Shown here piece by piece: positions 9,427-19,988 of a stretch of DNA of 64,000 nt (position 1 is its first letter; each line of letters begins with the position of its first letter). The stretch covers positions 89,949 to 153,948 of the forward strand of contig PBLG01000002.1 of assembly GCA_002722315.1 (NCBI GenBank), read 5' to 3'. The position numbers and the translations under genes are program-made. Source of the stretch: Lysobacterales bacterium (GTDB taxonomy: Bacteria; Pseudomonadota; Gammaproteobacteria; Xanthomonadales; Wenzhouxiangellaceae). A model generated the notes under the pieces. That model was not told where the DNA came from. It ran no database searches and saw nothing but the letters and a program-made list of their open reading frames with translations.

Positions 9427-10529
9427 GCCAGCGCCTGCCGGGCCAGTTGCTGCTGCACCAGCATCCGCCGCTGGCTGGTCGAAAGCACCTTGCCGACAAG
9501 CTGGCCGCAGGCGGCGTCGATGTCGTCTCCCCGCGTGCGCCTGACCGTCGCGATCAAACCGCCGGCGCGAAGGATTTCCTGGAATTTCAACATGTTCTCG
9601 TTGCTGCTGCAATGGAACGGTGTGCCGGGATACGGATTGAACGGGATCAGGTTGACCTTGGCCGGCAAATCCGAAAGCAGCCTGCGGAGCTGCCGGGCCG
9701 CTTCGGGGCTGTCGTTGACCCCGTCGATCATGGTGTATTCGAACGTGATCGACTGCTTGCTGTTGCAGCCCTTCAGGTAACGTTTGCAGGCGGCCATGAG
9801 TTCCGCGATCGGATACTTGCGATTGAGCGGAACAAGCCGACTGCGCAGCGCGTCGTTCGGGGCATGCAGCGAAACGGCCAGGGCGATCGGTGGAAACTCG
9901 TGCAACGCATCGATGCCAGGGACGACGCCGGCGGTGGACACCGTGACCCGCCTGGCCGCCAATCCGTATGCGAGATCCTCGCGCAGAAGCTCCAGTGCCG
10001 GCCCCACCTGGTCGAGATTGAGCAAGGGTTCGCCCATGCCCATCAGTACCACGTTGCTGATTCTCCGATCACCGGTCCTGCGGTCGGCGAGCCAGACCTG
10101 GCCGATGATCTCGGCGGCCGAAAGATTGCGACTGAATCCCTGCATCGCGGTCGAGCAGAAGGTGCAGTTGAGCATGCAGCCGACCTGCGACGAAATGCAC
10201 AGCGTGGCGCGGTCGGGTTCGGGGATGAAGACCGTTTCGACCGCGTTCCCGCCGGGCAGCGAAAGCAGCCACTTGATCGTGCCATCGGCCGACTTCTGCT
10301 CGCTGAGAATCTCGGGCGGCCGTATCTCGGCGGCCTCGACCAGGCGCTCGCGCAGTTTCTGGCTCAGGTCGGTCATCAGCGCGAAGTCGGTCACCCCGCG
10401 CTGGTAGATCCACTGCAGAAGCTGCCGCGCACGGAACGGCTTTTCCCCCAACGAGGAAAAATACCGCTCCAGACCTTCACGGCTCATGCCGAGCAGGTTC
10501 GTCTTTGGGGCAACTTCAGCCATGGACAT
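9423..10529 (-). CDS. rlmN: 23S rRNA/tRNA A2503/A37 C2-methyltransferase RlmN
   Basis: [17 protein letters not shown] radical SAM motif, [14 protein letters not shown]. Confidence 0.98.
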   Translation of the reverse strand: MSMAEVAPKTNLLGMSREGLERYFSSLGEKPFRARQLLQWIYQRGVTDFALMTDLSQKLRERLVEAAEIRPPEILSEQKSADGTIKWLLSLPGGNAVETVFIPEPDRATLCISSQVGCMLNCTFCSTAMQGFSRNLSAAEIIGQVWLADRRTGDRRISNVVLMGMGEPLLNLDQVGPALELLREDLAYGLAARRVTVSTAGVVPGIDALHEFPPIALAVSLHAPNDALRSRLVPLNRKYPIAELMAACKRYLKGCNSKQSITFEYTMIDGVNDSPEAARQLRRLLSDLPAKVNLIPFNPYPGTPFHCSSNENMLKFQEILRAGGLIATVRRTRGDDIDAACGQLVGKVLSTSQRRMLVQQQLARQALA

Positions 10530-10541
10530 CAAGCCTTTGAA

Positions 10542-10961
10542 TCAGCGCGAGTATATCTCATCGTCACCGAAGAAAAAGCCGATTTCCTGGGCGGCCGTGT
10601 CTTCACCGTCCGATCCGTGAACGGCGTTGGCGTCGATGCTGGAGGCAAAATCGGCCCGAATGGTTCCGGGCGCTGCCTGGCGCGGGTCCGTGGCGCCCAT
10701 CAGCTCGCGGTTCCTCGCGATTGCATCCTCGCCTTCGAGCACCTGGATCATCACCGGGCCCGACATCATGAACTCGACCAGGTCCTTGAAGAAGGGCCGC
10801 TCGCTATGCACCGCATAGAAGCCTTCGGCCTGCTCGCGTGAAAGATGCATCATCCGCGCGGCGACGATCTTGAGACCGGCGCGCTCGAAACGCGTAAAGA
10901 TTTCTCCGATGACGTTCTTGGCCACGGCATCGGGCTTGATGATGGAAAGGGTTCGCTGCAT
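10542..10961 (-). CDS. ndk: Nucleoside diphosphate kinase
   Basis: [18 protein letters not shown]. Confidence 0.99.
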   Translation of the reverse strand: MQRTLSIIKPDAVAKNVIGEIFTRFERAGLKIVAARMMHLSREQAEGFYAVHSERPFFKDLVEFMMSGPVMIQVLEGEDAIARNRELMGATDPRQAAPGTIRADFASSIDANAVHGSDGEDTAAQEIGFFFGDDEIYSR

Positions 10962-11137
10962 TGGAAATCACTCCTGAAATCGAAAATTCGTGAAATTCTT
11001 GCCTGGAAATCGGCGGCATTCGAAACGACCGCCCGAACCGCCAGGGACCGCGACGGCCCATACGGTTCGGGCAAGCCGGCAATTGTATCCCGTCGGCCAC
11101 GCCAGTGCAGGTTTTCAGTGCGATTCCGCGGGCACCG

Positions 11138-11572
11138 CTACTGCCATTCGGCAGAAATCAGCATCCATTCGTCGCCGTCCCGGCGCCACCCCGTTTCGAC
11201 CTTCCAGAACCGCCCCTCGTCGGGCAGAAGCCCCGTCCCGCCGGTCGCCAGGGCACGGAAAGACACGACCGCCCGGGCATCTCCGATGATCCGGACCCGG
11301 GTATCCAGGCGCTGAATGCCGATGGCATCGCGCGCCAGCCGTTCGCGGCGGACGAGCAGCCCGAGCGCGCGCCGGTCCAGGCGCCCGTTGACCGCGACGA
11401 AATCTTCTGCCACCGGCGCCATGAAATCGGAAACGTCGCCCGTCTCCAGCGCCAGCGTCATCTCTTCGATGGTCCGCTCGATGCGCGCCCGGTCGTCGAG
11501 TTCGGGCCCGCATGCCGCAAGAATCAGGACCAGGCAGCAGGCGCTCGCCAGTCGGAACGCGTCACTCGACAT
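11138..11572 (-). CDS. Putative lipoprotein, NTF2/SnoaL-like (DUF4440-like)
   Basis: Lipobox LAAC, helix followed by beta-strands ending WRRDGDEWMLISAEWQ; overlaps the upstream stop. Confidence 0.65.
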   Translation of the reverse strand: MSSDAFRLASACCLVLILAACGPELDDRARIERTIEEMTLALETGDVSDFMAPVAEDFVAVNGRLDRRALGLLVRRERLARDAIGIQRLDTRVRIIGDARAVVSFRALATGGTGLLPDEGRFWKVETGWRRDGDEWMLISAEWQ

Positions 11573-13478
11573 CGAGCACGGATTCGAGCAGCCGGGAGGC
11601 GACCACGATGAGGTCGTACTCGGTGACCAGCCCGACAAGCTTTCCGTTCTCGGTCACCGGCAGGCAGCTGAGCTTGTTCTCGCGCATCAGGCGAATCGCC
11701 TCCACGGTCGTCGTTTCGGGTCCAATGGACTTCGGGTCCGGGCGCATGATGTCGCGCACCATGACCGGGCCCGTTTCCTTGTCCAGGCCGCGCGCGATCA
11801 GGCGCAACAGCTGACGGTGGCTGATCAGCCCCAGCAGCCGGCCGGCATCGTCCTCCACCGGCACGTGCCGGACGTAGCGCCACTCCATCAGGCTGGCGGC
11901 AAAGTCGACGATGTCGTCGGGCCGGACCGTGAACAGGTCGGTCGCCATGAACTGCCCCACCGTCCGGTAGCTCTCGCGCCAGTCCTGGCTGCCGCAGAAT
12001 TCGGCCAGCGACCACTCGGCCACGGGCTTGCCGGTCTGCTGTTGCTGCACCATGCTTGCAGTCAGTGCGCGCAGCCGCTCGTGAAGGCTGCCGGTGGATT
12101 TCATGTGTTCCAGCGAATCGAGCTGCCAGCGCGCGCCGGTACGCCGGGATTCGACGCGCTTTTCGATCACGCCCAGGTACCGCTCGATGTCGGCCGAGTC
12201 GATCGATGCCTCGCGCAGTCCCTGCTCGGCCAGCGGCAGGAGTTCCTTGAGGATGAGTTCCTGGGCCGGCATCTGGCGTTCGTCGAACCAGACCTGCTGG
12301 GCGCGCAGACCGTCTCGCGCGGCCGACATGAAATTGCTCTTGATGTCGGAGAAGTTGAAATGCTCTCGGATGTCCTCGATGCTGTGAGACAGTCGCGACA
12401 TCATGCCGAAGAAGAACGCGGCGTTGGCGATCTCGTCGAGCACCGTGGGACCCGAAGGGATCACCCGGTTCTCGATCCTCAGATGCGGCTTGCCGTTGTC
12501 GGAGATGCCGTAGCAGGCCCGGTTCCAGCGATAGACGGTGCCGTTGTGCAGTCGCAGCGCATTGAGCTTCGGAATCTCGCCGCGCCCGACCATGCCAAGC
12601 GGATCGTCCTCGAACTCGGTGGTCAGGATGACCCGGAAACGCGCGATGTCTTCCTTGAAGATCTCGATCACCGACTTGTCGATCCAGTGGTCGCCGAAAT
12701 GCACGCGCGGTTGAAGACCGCGGGCGGCCAGGGCCTCCGAGCGGGCGTCGATGGAGTTCTCGAAGACCGCGATGCGGCTCTCGTGCCAAAGGCGCTTGCC
12801 CAGCAGTATGGGAGAGTTCACGCACGCCGCCAGCAACGGGCCGGTAACGGCCTGGGCGACGTTGTAGAGCGACGCGAACTCTTCGGCGCCGACCTGGAAA
12901 TGCACCTGGTAGCTGGTGTTGCAGGCCTCCAGCATCAGGTTGTCGTGCTGGAAGTTGAGCTGGTCGATGCCCTTGATCGCGAACTGGAAGTCCGATCCCC
13001 GCAAACGCCGCAGCGCTTCGTTGAGCGCGAAATACCTCGCCGTCGGCACCATCGCGTTCAGGCTGAGGTGATCGCGCGTGAGCGTGGGCAGGATGCCCAC
13101 CAGCGCGACCTGGGAGCCCACCTTGTCGGCGCGTTCGCGCGCAATCTTCAGCACCTCGTCGGTCTCGGCCTCCAGCCGACTCAGGCAGTCGCCGCCCAGC
13201 TCCAGGGGCGAGAGATTGGCCTCGAGATTGAACAGCCCCAGCTCGTGCGTGAAGCGCGGATCGTCCATCCCCTCCAGCATCTGCATGGCTGTCATTGCCG
13301 GCCGATACGCACGGTCGACCAGGAACATCTCCTGCTCGGCGCCGATTCGCCTGATGTCGCGCTCGAACATCCCGGCGTCCAGCATTTCCTCCATCGCCCG
13401 GACTTCATTAAGCAGCGCCTTCATGAACGCGCGGCGTGTGGCCTCGTCGCTGTTCTGCTCTACGTTCTGCTCACCCAT
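11562..13478 (-). CDS. Glutamate--cysteine ligase family 2 (GCS2-like) protein fused to a C-terminal CBS pair
   Basis: IGAEQEMFLVD, ELGLFNLE, EACNTSYQVHFQV, HNGTVYRWNR, HLRIENR; CBS pair VGQFMATDLFTV...RHVPV and VRDIM...LPVTENGKLVGLVTEYDL. Confidence 0.85.
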   Translation of the reverse strand: MGEQNVEQNSDEATRRAFMKALLNEVRAMEEMLDAGMFERDIRRIGAEQEMFLVDRAYRPAMTAMQMLEGMDDPRFTHELGLFNLEANLSPLELGGDCLSRLEAETDEVLKIARERADKVGSQVALVGILPTLTRDHLSLNAMVPTARYFALNEALRRLRGSDFQFAIKGIDQLNFQHDNLMLEACNTSYQVHFQVGAEEFASLYNVAQAVTGPLLAACVNSPILLGKRLWHESRIAVFENSIDARSEALAARGLQPRVHFGDHWIDKSVIEIFKEDIARFRVILTTEFEDDPLGMVGRGEIPKLNALRLHNGTVYRWNRACYGISDNGKPHLRIENRVIPSGPTVLDEIANAAFFFGMMSRLSHSIEDIREHFNFSDIKSNFMSAARDGLRAQQVWFDERQMPAQELILKELLPLAEQGLREASIDSADIERYLGVIEKRVESRRTGARWQLDSLEHMKSTGSLHERLRALTASMVQQQQTGKPVAEWSLAEFCGSQDWRESYRTVGQFMATDLFTVRPDDIVDFAASLMEWRYVRHVPVEDDAGRLLGLISHRQLLRLIARGLDKETGPVMVRDIMRPDPKSIGPETTTVEAIRLMRENKLSCLPVTENGKLVGLVTEYDLIVVASRLLESVLDVE

Positions 13479-13652
13479 GGCGATTCCCGAATGAATGGAT
13501 CGACCGGGCGCGCTCGGCTGCGCGATGCAGCAAGCCCGACCCGTGTCCGGATGATATACGCCACGGCCGGTGGCGGCAAACACACTTGTATGTGCTCATG
13601 ACCTGTGAGAATCTACGCACAGGGTAGATCAAATCAAGAGAAACAATCCACA

Positions 13653-15335
13653 ATGACTGAAAAAACCTGGCTGAACGAATATTCCAAGGGGGTTCCGGCC
13701 GAAATCGACATGTCCGAGTTCGATTCGGTGGTCGACATCCTCGAACAGAGTTGCGAACAGTATGCCGACCAGACCGCGTTCGTCAATTTCGGGCGCGAGC
13801 TGAGCTACGCCGAACTGGACAAGCAAAGCCGTGCGTTCGGCGCTCGACTGCAGGCGCTGGGGCTCAAGCGCGGGGACCGGGTGGCCATAATGCTCCCGAA
13901 CCTGCTGCAATACCCGATAGCGCTGTTCGGGATTCTCAGGGCCGGCATGGTGGTGGTCAATACCAACCCGCTCTACACGGCGCGCGAACTCAAGCACCAG
14001 CTCAACGACTCCGGGGCGAAAGCCATCCTGGTACTGGAAAATTTCGCCCATACGCTGGCCAGCGTCATCGACGACTGCCCGATCGAACACGTCTTCGTAA
14101 CCGGCGTCGGCGACCTTCTAGGCTTTCCGAAGGGCACGTTCATCAACTTCGCGCTTCGCTACATCAAGAAGGAAGTCCCGGCCTATGACCTGCCGGGCGC
14201 GGTGCGCTTCAATGACGCGCTCAAGGCCGGCGATCCCGGCAAACTGGAGCGGCCGAAACTCGGCCACGACGACCTGGCGTTTCTGCAGTACACCGGCGGC
14301 ACGACCGGGGTTTCGAAAGGCGCCATGCTGACCCACGGCAACATCGTGGCCAACGTTCAGCAGTCCTCGGCCTGGATGAATCAGCTGATCGAGTACGGAC
14401 GCGAAATCATCGTCACGGCGTTGCCGCTCTATCACATCTTCGCGCTTACGGCCAACTGCCTGGTGTTCATCAAGTTCGGCGGGAGAAACCTGCTCATCAC
14501 CAACCCGCGCGACATGAACGGCTTCATCAAGGAGCTGGGCAAGGAGAAATTCACCGCGATCACCGGCGTCAACACCTTGTTCAACGGACTGCTCAACACG
14601 CCGTCGTTCGAAAACCTCGATTTCAGCCCGCTTCGCCTGACCCTCGGCGGCGGCATGGCGGTGCAGCGCGCGGTGGCCGAGCGCTGGAAAGCTGCCACCG
14701 GCGTACCTTTGATCGAAGCCTACGGCCTCACCGAAACCTCGCCGGCCGCGTGCATCAACCCGATGGACCTGGAGGACTACAACGGTGCCATCGGGCTGCC
14801 CATTCCGTCGACCGAATGCAAGGTCATCGATGCCGAGGGCAACGAGGTATCGACCGGCGAACCAGGCGAATTGTGCATACGCGGTCCGCAGGTGATGAAG
14901 GGGTACTGGAACCGTCCCGAAGAAACCGCAAAGGTTCTCGACGGCGAGGGCTGGCTGAAGACCGGCGACATGGCCTGCCGCGACGAAAAGGGCTATTTCT
15001 TCATCGTCGATCGCAAGAAGGACATGATCCTGGTGTCGGGCTTCAACGTCTACCCCAACGAGATCGAGGACGTCATCGCCGGGCACCCCAAGGTACTGGA
15101 AGTCGGGGCCATTGGCGTCGAGGACGAAAAGTCCGGCGAACTGGTCAAGGCCGTGGTGGTTCGCAAGGACGATTCGCTGACTGTCGAGGAACTGCGAGAG
15201 CACTGCAAGAAGGAACTGACCGGCTACAAGGTGCCCCGCTACATCGAGTTCGTCGATGAACTGCCGAAGACAAATGTCGGCAAGATCCTGCGGCGCGAAC
15301 TACGCGACCAGTACGGCGAGCCCAGAAGTAGCTGA
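13653..15335 (+). CDS. fadD: Long-chain fatty acid--CoA ligase
   Basis: [57 protein letters not shown]. Confidence 0.96.
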   Translation: MTEKTWLNEYSKGVPAEIDMSEFDSVVDILEQSCEQYADQTAFVNFGRELSYAELDKQSRAFGARLQALGLKRGDRVAIMLPNLLQYPIALFGILRAGMVVVNTNPLYTARELKHQLNDSGAKAILVLENFAHTLASVIDDCPIEHVFVTGVGDLLGFPKGTFINFALRYIKKEVPAYDLPGAVRFNDALKAGDPGKLERPKLGHDDLAFLQYTGGTTGVSKGAMLTHGNIVANVQQSSAWMNQLIEYGREIIVTALPLYHIFALTANCLVFIKFGGRNLLITNPRDMNGFIKELGKEKFTAITGVNTLFNGLLNTPSFENLDFSPLRLTLGGGMAVQRAVAERWKAATGVPLIEAYGLTETSPAACINPMDLEDYNGAIGLPIPSTECKVIDAEGNEVSTGEPGELCIRGPQVMKGYWNRPEETAKVLDGEGWLKTGDMACRDEKGYFFIVDRKKDMILVSGFNVYPNEIEDVIAGHPKVLEVGAIGVEDEKSGELVKAVVVRKDDSLTVEELREHCKKELTGYKVPRYIEFVDELPKTNVGKILRRELRDQYGEPRSS

Positions 15336-15352
15336 CAATAGCAGTTGAACGC

Positions 15353-16441
15353 TCACCCGGACAGCAGCTGTCCGGGATCCGGCCGCGACGCCAGCGCCGC
15401 CACGCCGACGCCGATCAGCCTGACCCCCACCCGTGACTGATAGCGCGCCCACTCGTTCGCCAGTTCGACGGCGGCGTCGGCGATTCTGGCCGGCGAGCGC
15501 GTATACCCAGACAGCGTGCGGCTGCGGGTCAGGGTCGAAAAACCGCCGGACCTCAGCTTCAGATGCACGGAGCGCGCGTAAAGCCCGCGGTCCGAAAGGC
15601 GCTGTGCGCACCTCGAAGCCTGCTGCCTGATGACCTCCTCGATCTCGTCCATGTCGTGCAGATCACGCTCGAAGGTCGATTCCTGGCTGATCGAGCGCCG
15701 CGTGCGCTCGACGCTCACTGCACGTTCGTCGATGCCGGCCGCGCGCTGGCGGAAGCCTGACGCCTGGCGTCCGAGCACCGGCGCAAGCCAGTCCAGCGGC
15801 GCGCGTCGCAGCTGACCGATGGTGAGAATCCCCGCATCCTGCAGGCGTGCCGCAGTACTTGGGCCCACGCCGGGCAACCGTCGCACCGGCTGCGGATCCA
15901 GAAACTGCCGGACCTGGTCGGGCCGGATCCAGGTCAGTCCATCCGGCTTGTCGTAGGCCGAGGCCAGCTTGGCCACCAGCTTGCTGTTGCCTATCCCGAT
16001 CGACGCGGTCAGGCCCACTTCGACCGAGATTCGCCGCTTCAACCGGCGCGCCAGGACCAGCACGTCCTCGTCGCGCGCCGCTTCGCTCATGTCGATGAAG
16101 GCCTCGTCCAGGCTCAATCCTTCGACCAGGGGCGAGAAGTCGGCGAAGATCTCGAATATCCGGCCGGAGACCTCGCGGTAAAGCGCGTGGCGGGGGCGCA
16201 CGAACACCGCGTGCGGGCACAGGCGCCTGGCCCGCCCGGCCGGCATCGCCGAGCGCACCCCGTAAAGACGTGCCTCGTAGCTTGCCGCGGCCACCACCCC
16301 GCGGCGTCCGTCGCCGCCTACAATGACCGCTTTACCACGCAGTTCCGGGCGATCACGCTGTTCGACGCTGGCAAAAAAGGCGTCCATGTCGCAGTGAAAG
16401 ACGACGCGCCGGACTGAAACGGAATCGGAACCCTGGCTCAT
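15353..16441 (-). CDS. dinB: DNA polymerase IV
   Basis: HCDMDAFFASVE, ASYEAR, SLDEAFID, KLASAYDKPDG. Confidence 0.95.
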   Translation of the reverse strand: MSQGSDSVSVRRVVFHCDMDAFFASVEQRDRPELRGKAVIVGGDGRRGVVAAASYEARLYGVRSAMPAGRARRLCPHAVFVRPRHALYREVSGRIFEIFADFSPLVEGLSLDEAFIDMSEAARDEDVLVLARRLKRRISVEVGLTASIGIGNSKLVAKLASAYDKPDGLTWIRPDQVRQFLDPQPVRRLPGVGPSTAARLQDAGILTIGQLRRAPLDWLAPVLGRQASGFRQRAAGIDERAVSVERTRRSISQESTFERDLHDMDEIEEVIRQQASRCAQRLSDRGLYARSVHLKLRSGGFSTLTRSRTLSGYTRSPARIADAAVELANEWARYQSRVGVRLIGVGVAALASRPDPGQLLSG

Positions 16442-17576
16442 GAATTACCGCGAAACGTTTCCCGTCATCGATCGTCACACCTGGTTGAACCACGCCGCGA
16501 TTTCGCCCTGGCCGGCCGCAGTCGGCGCCGCGATGCGGGGATTCGTGGAACAGAATGTCGCGCATGGCCCGCTGGGCTATCCAAAGTGGCTGGACACGGA
16601 ACAGCGCCTCCGAAAGCGCGGGGCCGATCTTCTCGGCGCCGCCGAAGATGATCTTGCGCTGGTCAAGAATACATCAGAGGGCCTGAGCCTGATCGCCGCC
16701 GGACTGGACTGGCAACCCGGTGATGCGCTGGTCTGCTGTTCCGGCGATTTCCCCAGCAACCTGATGCCGTGGCACCAGCTGGTCCCGGATTTCGTCGATG
16801 TCCGCGAAGTCCCGTTCGACGATCGGGATCCCGAGACCGGCCTGATCGACTCGTTGAGCGACGACGTCCGGTTGCTCGCCGTAAGCTCGGTGCGCTACGA
16901 CTCCGGTGTGCGACTGGATCTGGACCGGCTTGGCCGGGCCGCGCACGAGATCGGCGCGCTGGTGGTGGTGGACGCGATTCAGCACCTCGGCGCATTGCCG
17001 CTGGACGTCGCCACCGCGCCGGTGGATTTCGTGGTCGGCGGCAGTCACAAGTGGCTGCTGGCCCCGGAGGGCCTCGCGCTGTTCTGGTCCCGGCCCTCGG
17101 CGCGAAACCGGTTGCGCACCATGCAGACCGGCTGGCGGATGTGGCCGGACATGTTCAATTTCGAGCGGTCCGACTGGACGCGGCCCGAAAGCGCTCGTCG
17201 TTTCGAGCCCGGCACACTCAACATGGCCGGCATTCACGGACTTGAAGCCTCGCTCGAGCTTCTGCAGGGAATCGATCCGGAGACGCGAGCCGGACAGTTG
17301 CTCGATCGCACGGGGTGGCTTATCGACGGCCTCGAGCGAATGCCTGGCGTTGACATCGTCACGCCCGTCGAACGCGGCCGGCGGGCGGGCATCGTCTGCT
17401 TCGTTCCTGCCGGCCTGGATCCCGACGCGGTGCTGAAACAACTGGCGTCGCGCTCGATCTTCGCCGCCCGGCGGGGGCGGTCGGTACGGCTGTCGCCCAA
17501 CTTCTACACACCCGAGGATCAGATCGCACGGGCGCTGGAAGTGATCGGGGGCATCATCGCGCATGGCGCGACCTGA
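16440..17576 (+). CDS. Aminotransferase class V (cysteine desulfurase/selenocysteine lyase-like) PLP enzyme
   Basis: WLNHAAISP, NTSEGL, VDAIQHLG, SHKWLLAPEG, RFEPGT, VRLSPNFY. Confidence 0.88.
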   Translation: MNYRETFPVIDRHTWLNHAAISPWPAAVGAAMRGFVEQNVAHGPLGYPKWLDTEQRLRKRGADLLGAAEDDLALVKNTSEGLSLIAAGLDWQPGDALVCCSGDFPSNLMPWHQLVPDFVDVREVPFDDRDPETGLIDSLSDDVRLLAVSSVRYDSGVRLDLDRLGRAAHEIGALVVVDAIQHLGALPLDVATAPVDFVVGGSHKWLLAPEGLALFWSRPSARNRLRTMQTGWRMWPDMFNFERSDWTRPESARRFEPGTLNMAGIHGLEASLELLQGIDPETRAGQLLDRTGWLIDGLERMPGVDIVTPVERGRRAGIVCFVPAGLDPDAVLKQLASRSIFAARRGRSVRLSPNFYTPEDQIARALEVIGGIIAHGAT

Positions 17577-17616
17577 GCAGGCATCTACCGGATCGGCGGA
17601 TCCATCCCTTCGTCGA

Positions 17617-18096
17617 TCACGCCGAACATACCCGACCGTGCTTTTCGAGATAGCGCTGATGATATTCCTCGGCGCGCCAGAATGTCTCCGCGGGCCCGAT
17701 CTCGGTCGCAATCGGACCGCTGACCCGGCCTGACGCCTGCAGTTCGTCGCGCGAGCGCCTGGCCGCGGCCAGCTGCTCGTCATCGTGAGTGAAGATTGCG
17801 CTGCGGTACTGTGACCCGACGTCCACGCCCTGACGATTGCGCTGGGTCGGATCGTGCATGTCCCAGAAGGCGTTCAGCAGGTCATCGAAGCTGATCGTCG
17901 CCGGGTCATAGGTCACGCGAACGGCTTCGGCGTGCCCGGTGTCGCCGCGGCATACCGAGCGATAGTCCGGGTTTTCGACGCTGCCGCCGGTGTAGCCGAC
18001 TTCGGCATCGAGCACGCCGTCCAGCGCGCGGAACCGCGCCTCCGGACCCCAGAAGCATCCGGCGGCAAAGGTTGCAGTCTTTTGGCTCATCGACAT
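17617..18096 (-). CDS. msrA: Peptide methionine sulfoxide reductase MsrA
   Basis: [34 protein letters not shown]; AGGAG RBS. Confidence 0.97.
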   Translation of the reverse strand: MSMSQKTATFAAGCFWGPEARFRALDGVLDAEVGYTGGSVENPDYRSVCRGDTGHAEAVRVTYDPATISFDDLLNAFWDMHDPTQRNRQGVDVGSQYRSAIFTHDDEQLAAARRSRDELQASGRVSGPIATEIGPAETFWRAEEYHQRYLEKHGRVCSA

Positions 18097-18235
18097 GGCT
18101 CCTTTCTGAACGGGTTGAAGCGGAATTTGCGATTTTCAGGTCGTCCGGTTGCCTGAATACTCTCTGCAATATACGCCTTGGCCGTGAAGCGATGCTCGAC
18201 TGGAATTCGTGCCCGATGCGCGCGACAATGCAACG

Positions 18236-19675
18236 ATGACTTCCGAAACCTTTCTTTGGCACGACTACGAGACCTTCGGCGCCGATCCCCGGCGCGACCG
18301 ACCCTGCCAGTTCGCGGCGCTCAGGACCGATGCAGAGCTGAACGTCGTCGGCGAGCCGGTCGTCTGGTACTGCAAGCCGACCGACGACATGCTGCCCTCG
18401 CCCGACGCCTGCCTGATCACGGGCATAACCCCGCAGACAGCCGATCGGCTTGGCGTGCCCGAACCGGAGTTTGCCAACCGCATCTTCGAAGTGATGAGCG
18501 AGCCCGGAACCTGCGCCGTGGGCTACAACAACTTCAGGTTCGACGACGAGGTCTCGCGCTTCATGTTCTGGCGCAATTTCATCGACCCTTACGCCAGAGA
18601 ATTCAGAAACGGCAACAGCCGCTTCGACCTGATCGACCTGCTCCGCATGACCGCCGCGCTGCGACCCGAGGGAATCCACTGGCCCGAGCGCGAGGACGGC
18701 AGCCCGAGCTTTCGGCTCGAAGACCTGGCCCGAGCCAACGGTTTTTCGACCGAAAACGCGCACGACGCCCTGGCCGACGTCGAAAACACCCTGGGCATGG
18801 CGCGCCGGGTCCGTCAGCACCAGCCGAGGCTCTGGAACTGGGGGCTGGGCCTGCGGGCCAGGCACGCGGTCGAGCAGCTGGTTGAAAAGCGCGAAGTGCT
18901 GCTGCACGCCTCCAGCCGGTTTCCCGCGTCCCAGGCCTGCATCGCGCCGGTGCTGCCGCTTTTCCGGCATCCCGCCATCAAGAGCCAGTGGCTGGTCTGG
19001 AACCTGCGCGAAGATCCGGCGCCGTTTACCGAGTTCGACGCCGAAATGCTGGCCGACCTGTACTGGACCCCGAATGCCGACCTGCCCGAGGGGTTGAAAC
19101 GCCTGCCGGTCAAATGGATTCGGACAAACCGCAGCCCCATGCTGTCGCCGACCGGCGTGCTCGATGCCGCCGCCGCCGAGCGGACGCAGATCGATCTCGA
19201 CCAGGCAGACGCACACGCATTGAAGCTGGCCGATGACTCTGCATTCGTCGCCGCCCTTCTGGAAATCTTTACAAGCCCCCGTGCGGCCGAGTCCTTCGAC
19301 GCCGATACGGCGCTCTACGACGGGTTCGTGCCGGACAGCGATAGACGGGTCGCTGAACGAATTCGAAACCAGCCGCCGGAACAGGCCGCCGCCCTCCTGT
19401 CCGCCTCGCCTGGCCCGTTTTCGGACGAACGCATGGCCGAGCTTCTTCTGCACTACGCAGGCCGCCACGCGACCTCCAGCCTGGAGGGTCCGCAGCGGGA
19501 GGCCTGGCGCGCCTACCGGCGACGCAGGCTCATCGACGACCCGGAGCTTGCAAGCGTGCAGTTGCCCGGATACCTGGCACGAATCGAGCAGCTCAGGGCC
19601 GAACGTCCGGATTGTGCCGGATTGCTTGACGAACTCGCCGCATGGCCTGCGCATATCGGAATCGACGGTCTATAG
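18236..19675 (+). CDS. sbcB: Exodeoxyribonuclease I
   Basis: FLWHDYETFG, DRPCQFA, GYNNFRFDDE, FRLEDLARANG, AHDALADV. Confidence 0.96.
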   Translation: MTSETFLWHDYETFGADPRRDRPCQFAALRTDAELNVVGEPVVWYCKPTDDMLPSPDACLITGITPQTADRLGVPEPEFANRIFEVMSEPGTCAVGYNNFRFDDEVSRFMFWRNFIDPYAREFRNGNSRFDLIDLLRMTAALRPEGIHWPEREDGSPSFRLEDLARANGFSTENAHDALADVENTLGMARRVRQHQPRLWNWGLGLRARHAVEQLVEKREVLLHASSRFPASQACIAPVLPLFRHPAIKSQWLVWNLREDPAPFTEFDAEMLADLYWTPNADLPEGLKRLPVKWIRTNRSPMLSPTGVLDAAAAERTQIDLDQADAHALKLADDSAFVAALLEIFTSPRAAESFDADTALYDGFVPDSDRRVAERIRNQPPEQAAALLSASPGPFSDERMAELLLHYAGRHATSSLEGPQREAWRAYRRRRLIDDPELASVQLPGYLARIEQLRAERPDCAGLLDELAAWPAHIGIDGL

Positions 19676-19686
19676 CCAAAACAGAA

Positions 19687-19930
19687 AATCAATGACTTGA
19701 AGCGCTTTCCAAGAATCTACATCCGAGTGTTATGCACAATCCATTGATTTGTCGATTGACACTTTCTTTACACCGAATTTTTCCACGGGCACACAAAAAA
19801 ATTCGCCTAGGCCATTGTTTATTATAGTTATTTGTAATTTGATCAATTATTGTTCATTCCTGTGACGCCCAGACCGCGATGGGCCGCGCGCCAGGTTGCA
19901 CACAGAGTTTTCCACAGCAACTGTGGATAA
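19687..19930. promoter_or_regulatory. DnaA-box cluster with IHF sites and an AT-rich tract (DARS-like element)
   Basis: TTGCACACA-3bp-TTTTCCACA-5bp-TGTGGATAA (19896-19930); TTATGCACA (19730-19738); TTTTCCACG (19779-19787); two perfect WATCAANNNNTTR matches (19687-19699 on plus, 19737-19749 on minus); AT-rich 19814-19858. Confidence 0.7.
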
Positions 19931-19988
19931 GCGAGTTGGACGCCTCCCACAGCGCTCTCTCGGACCGGATCGAGGGCGACGCCGCGCA

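Noticed and set aside
19687-19930. oriC as the primary call
   Set aside because: No dnaA/dnaN/gidA is nearby and core-gene strand bias does not switch; kept only as an alternative to the DARS-like call
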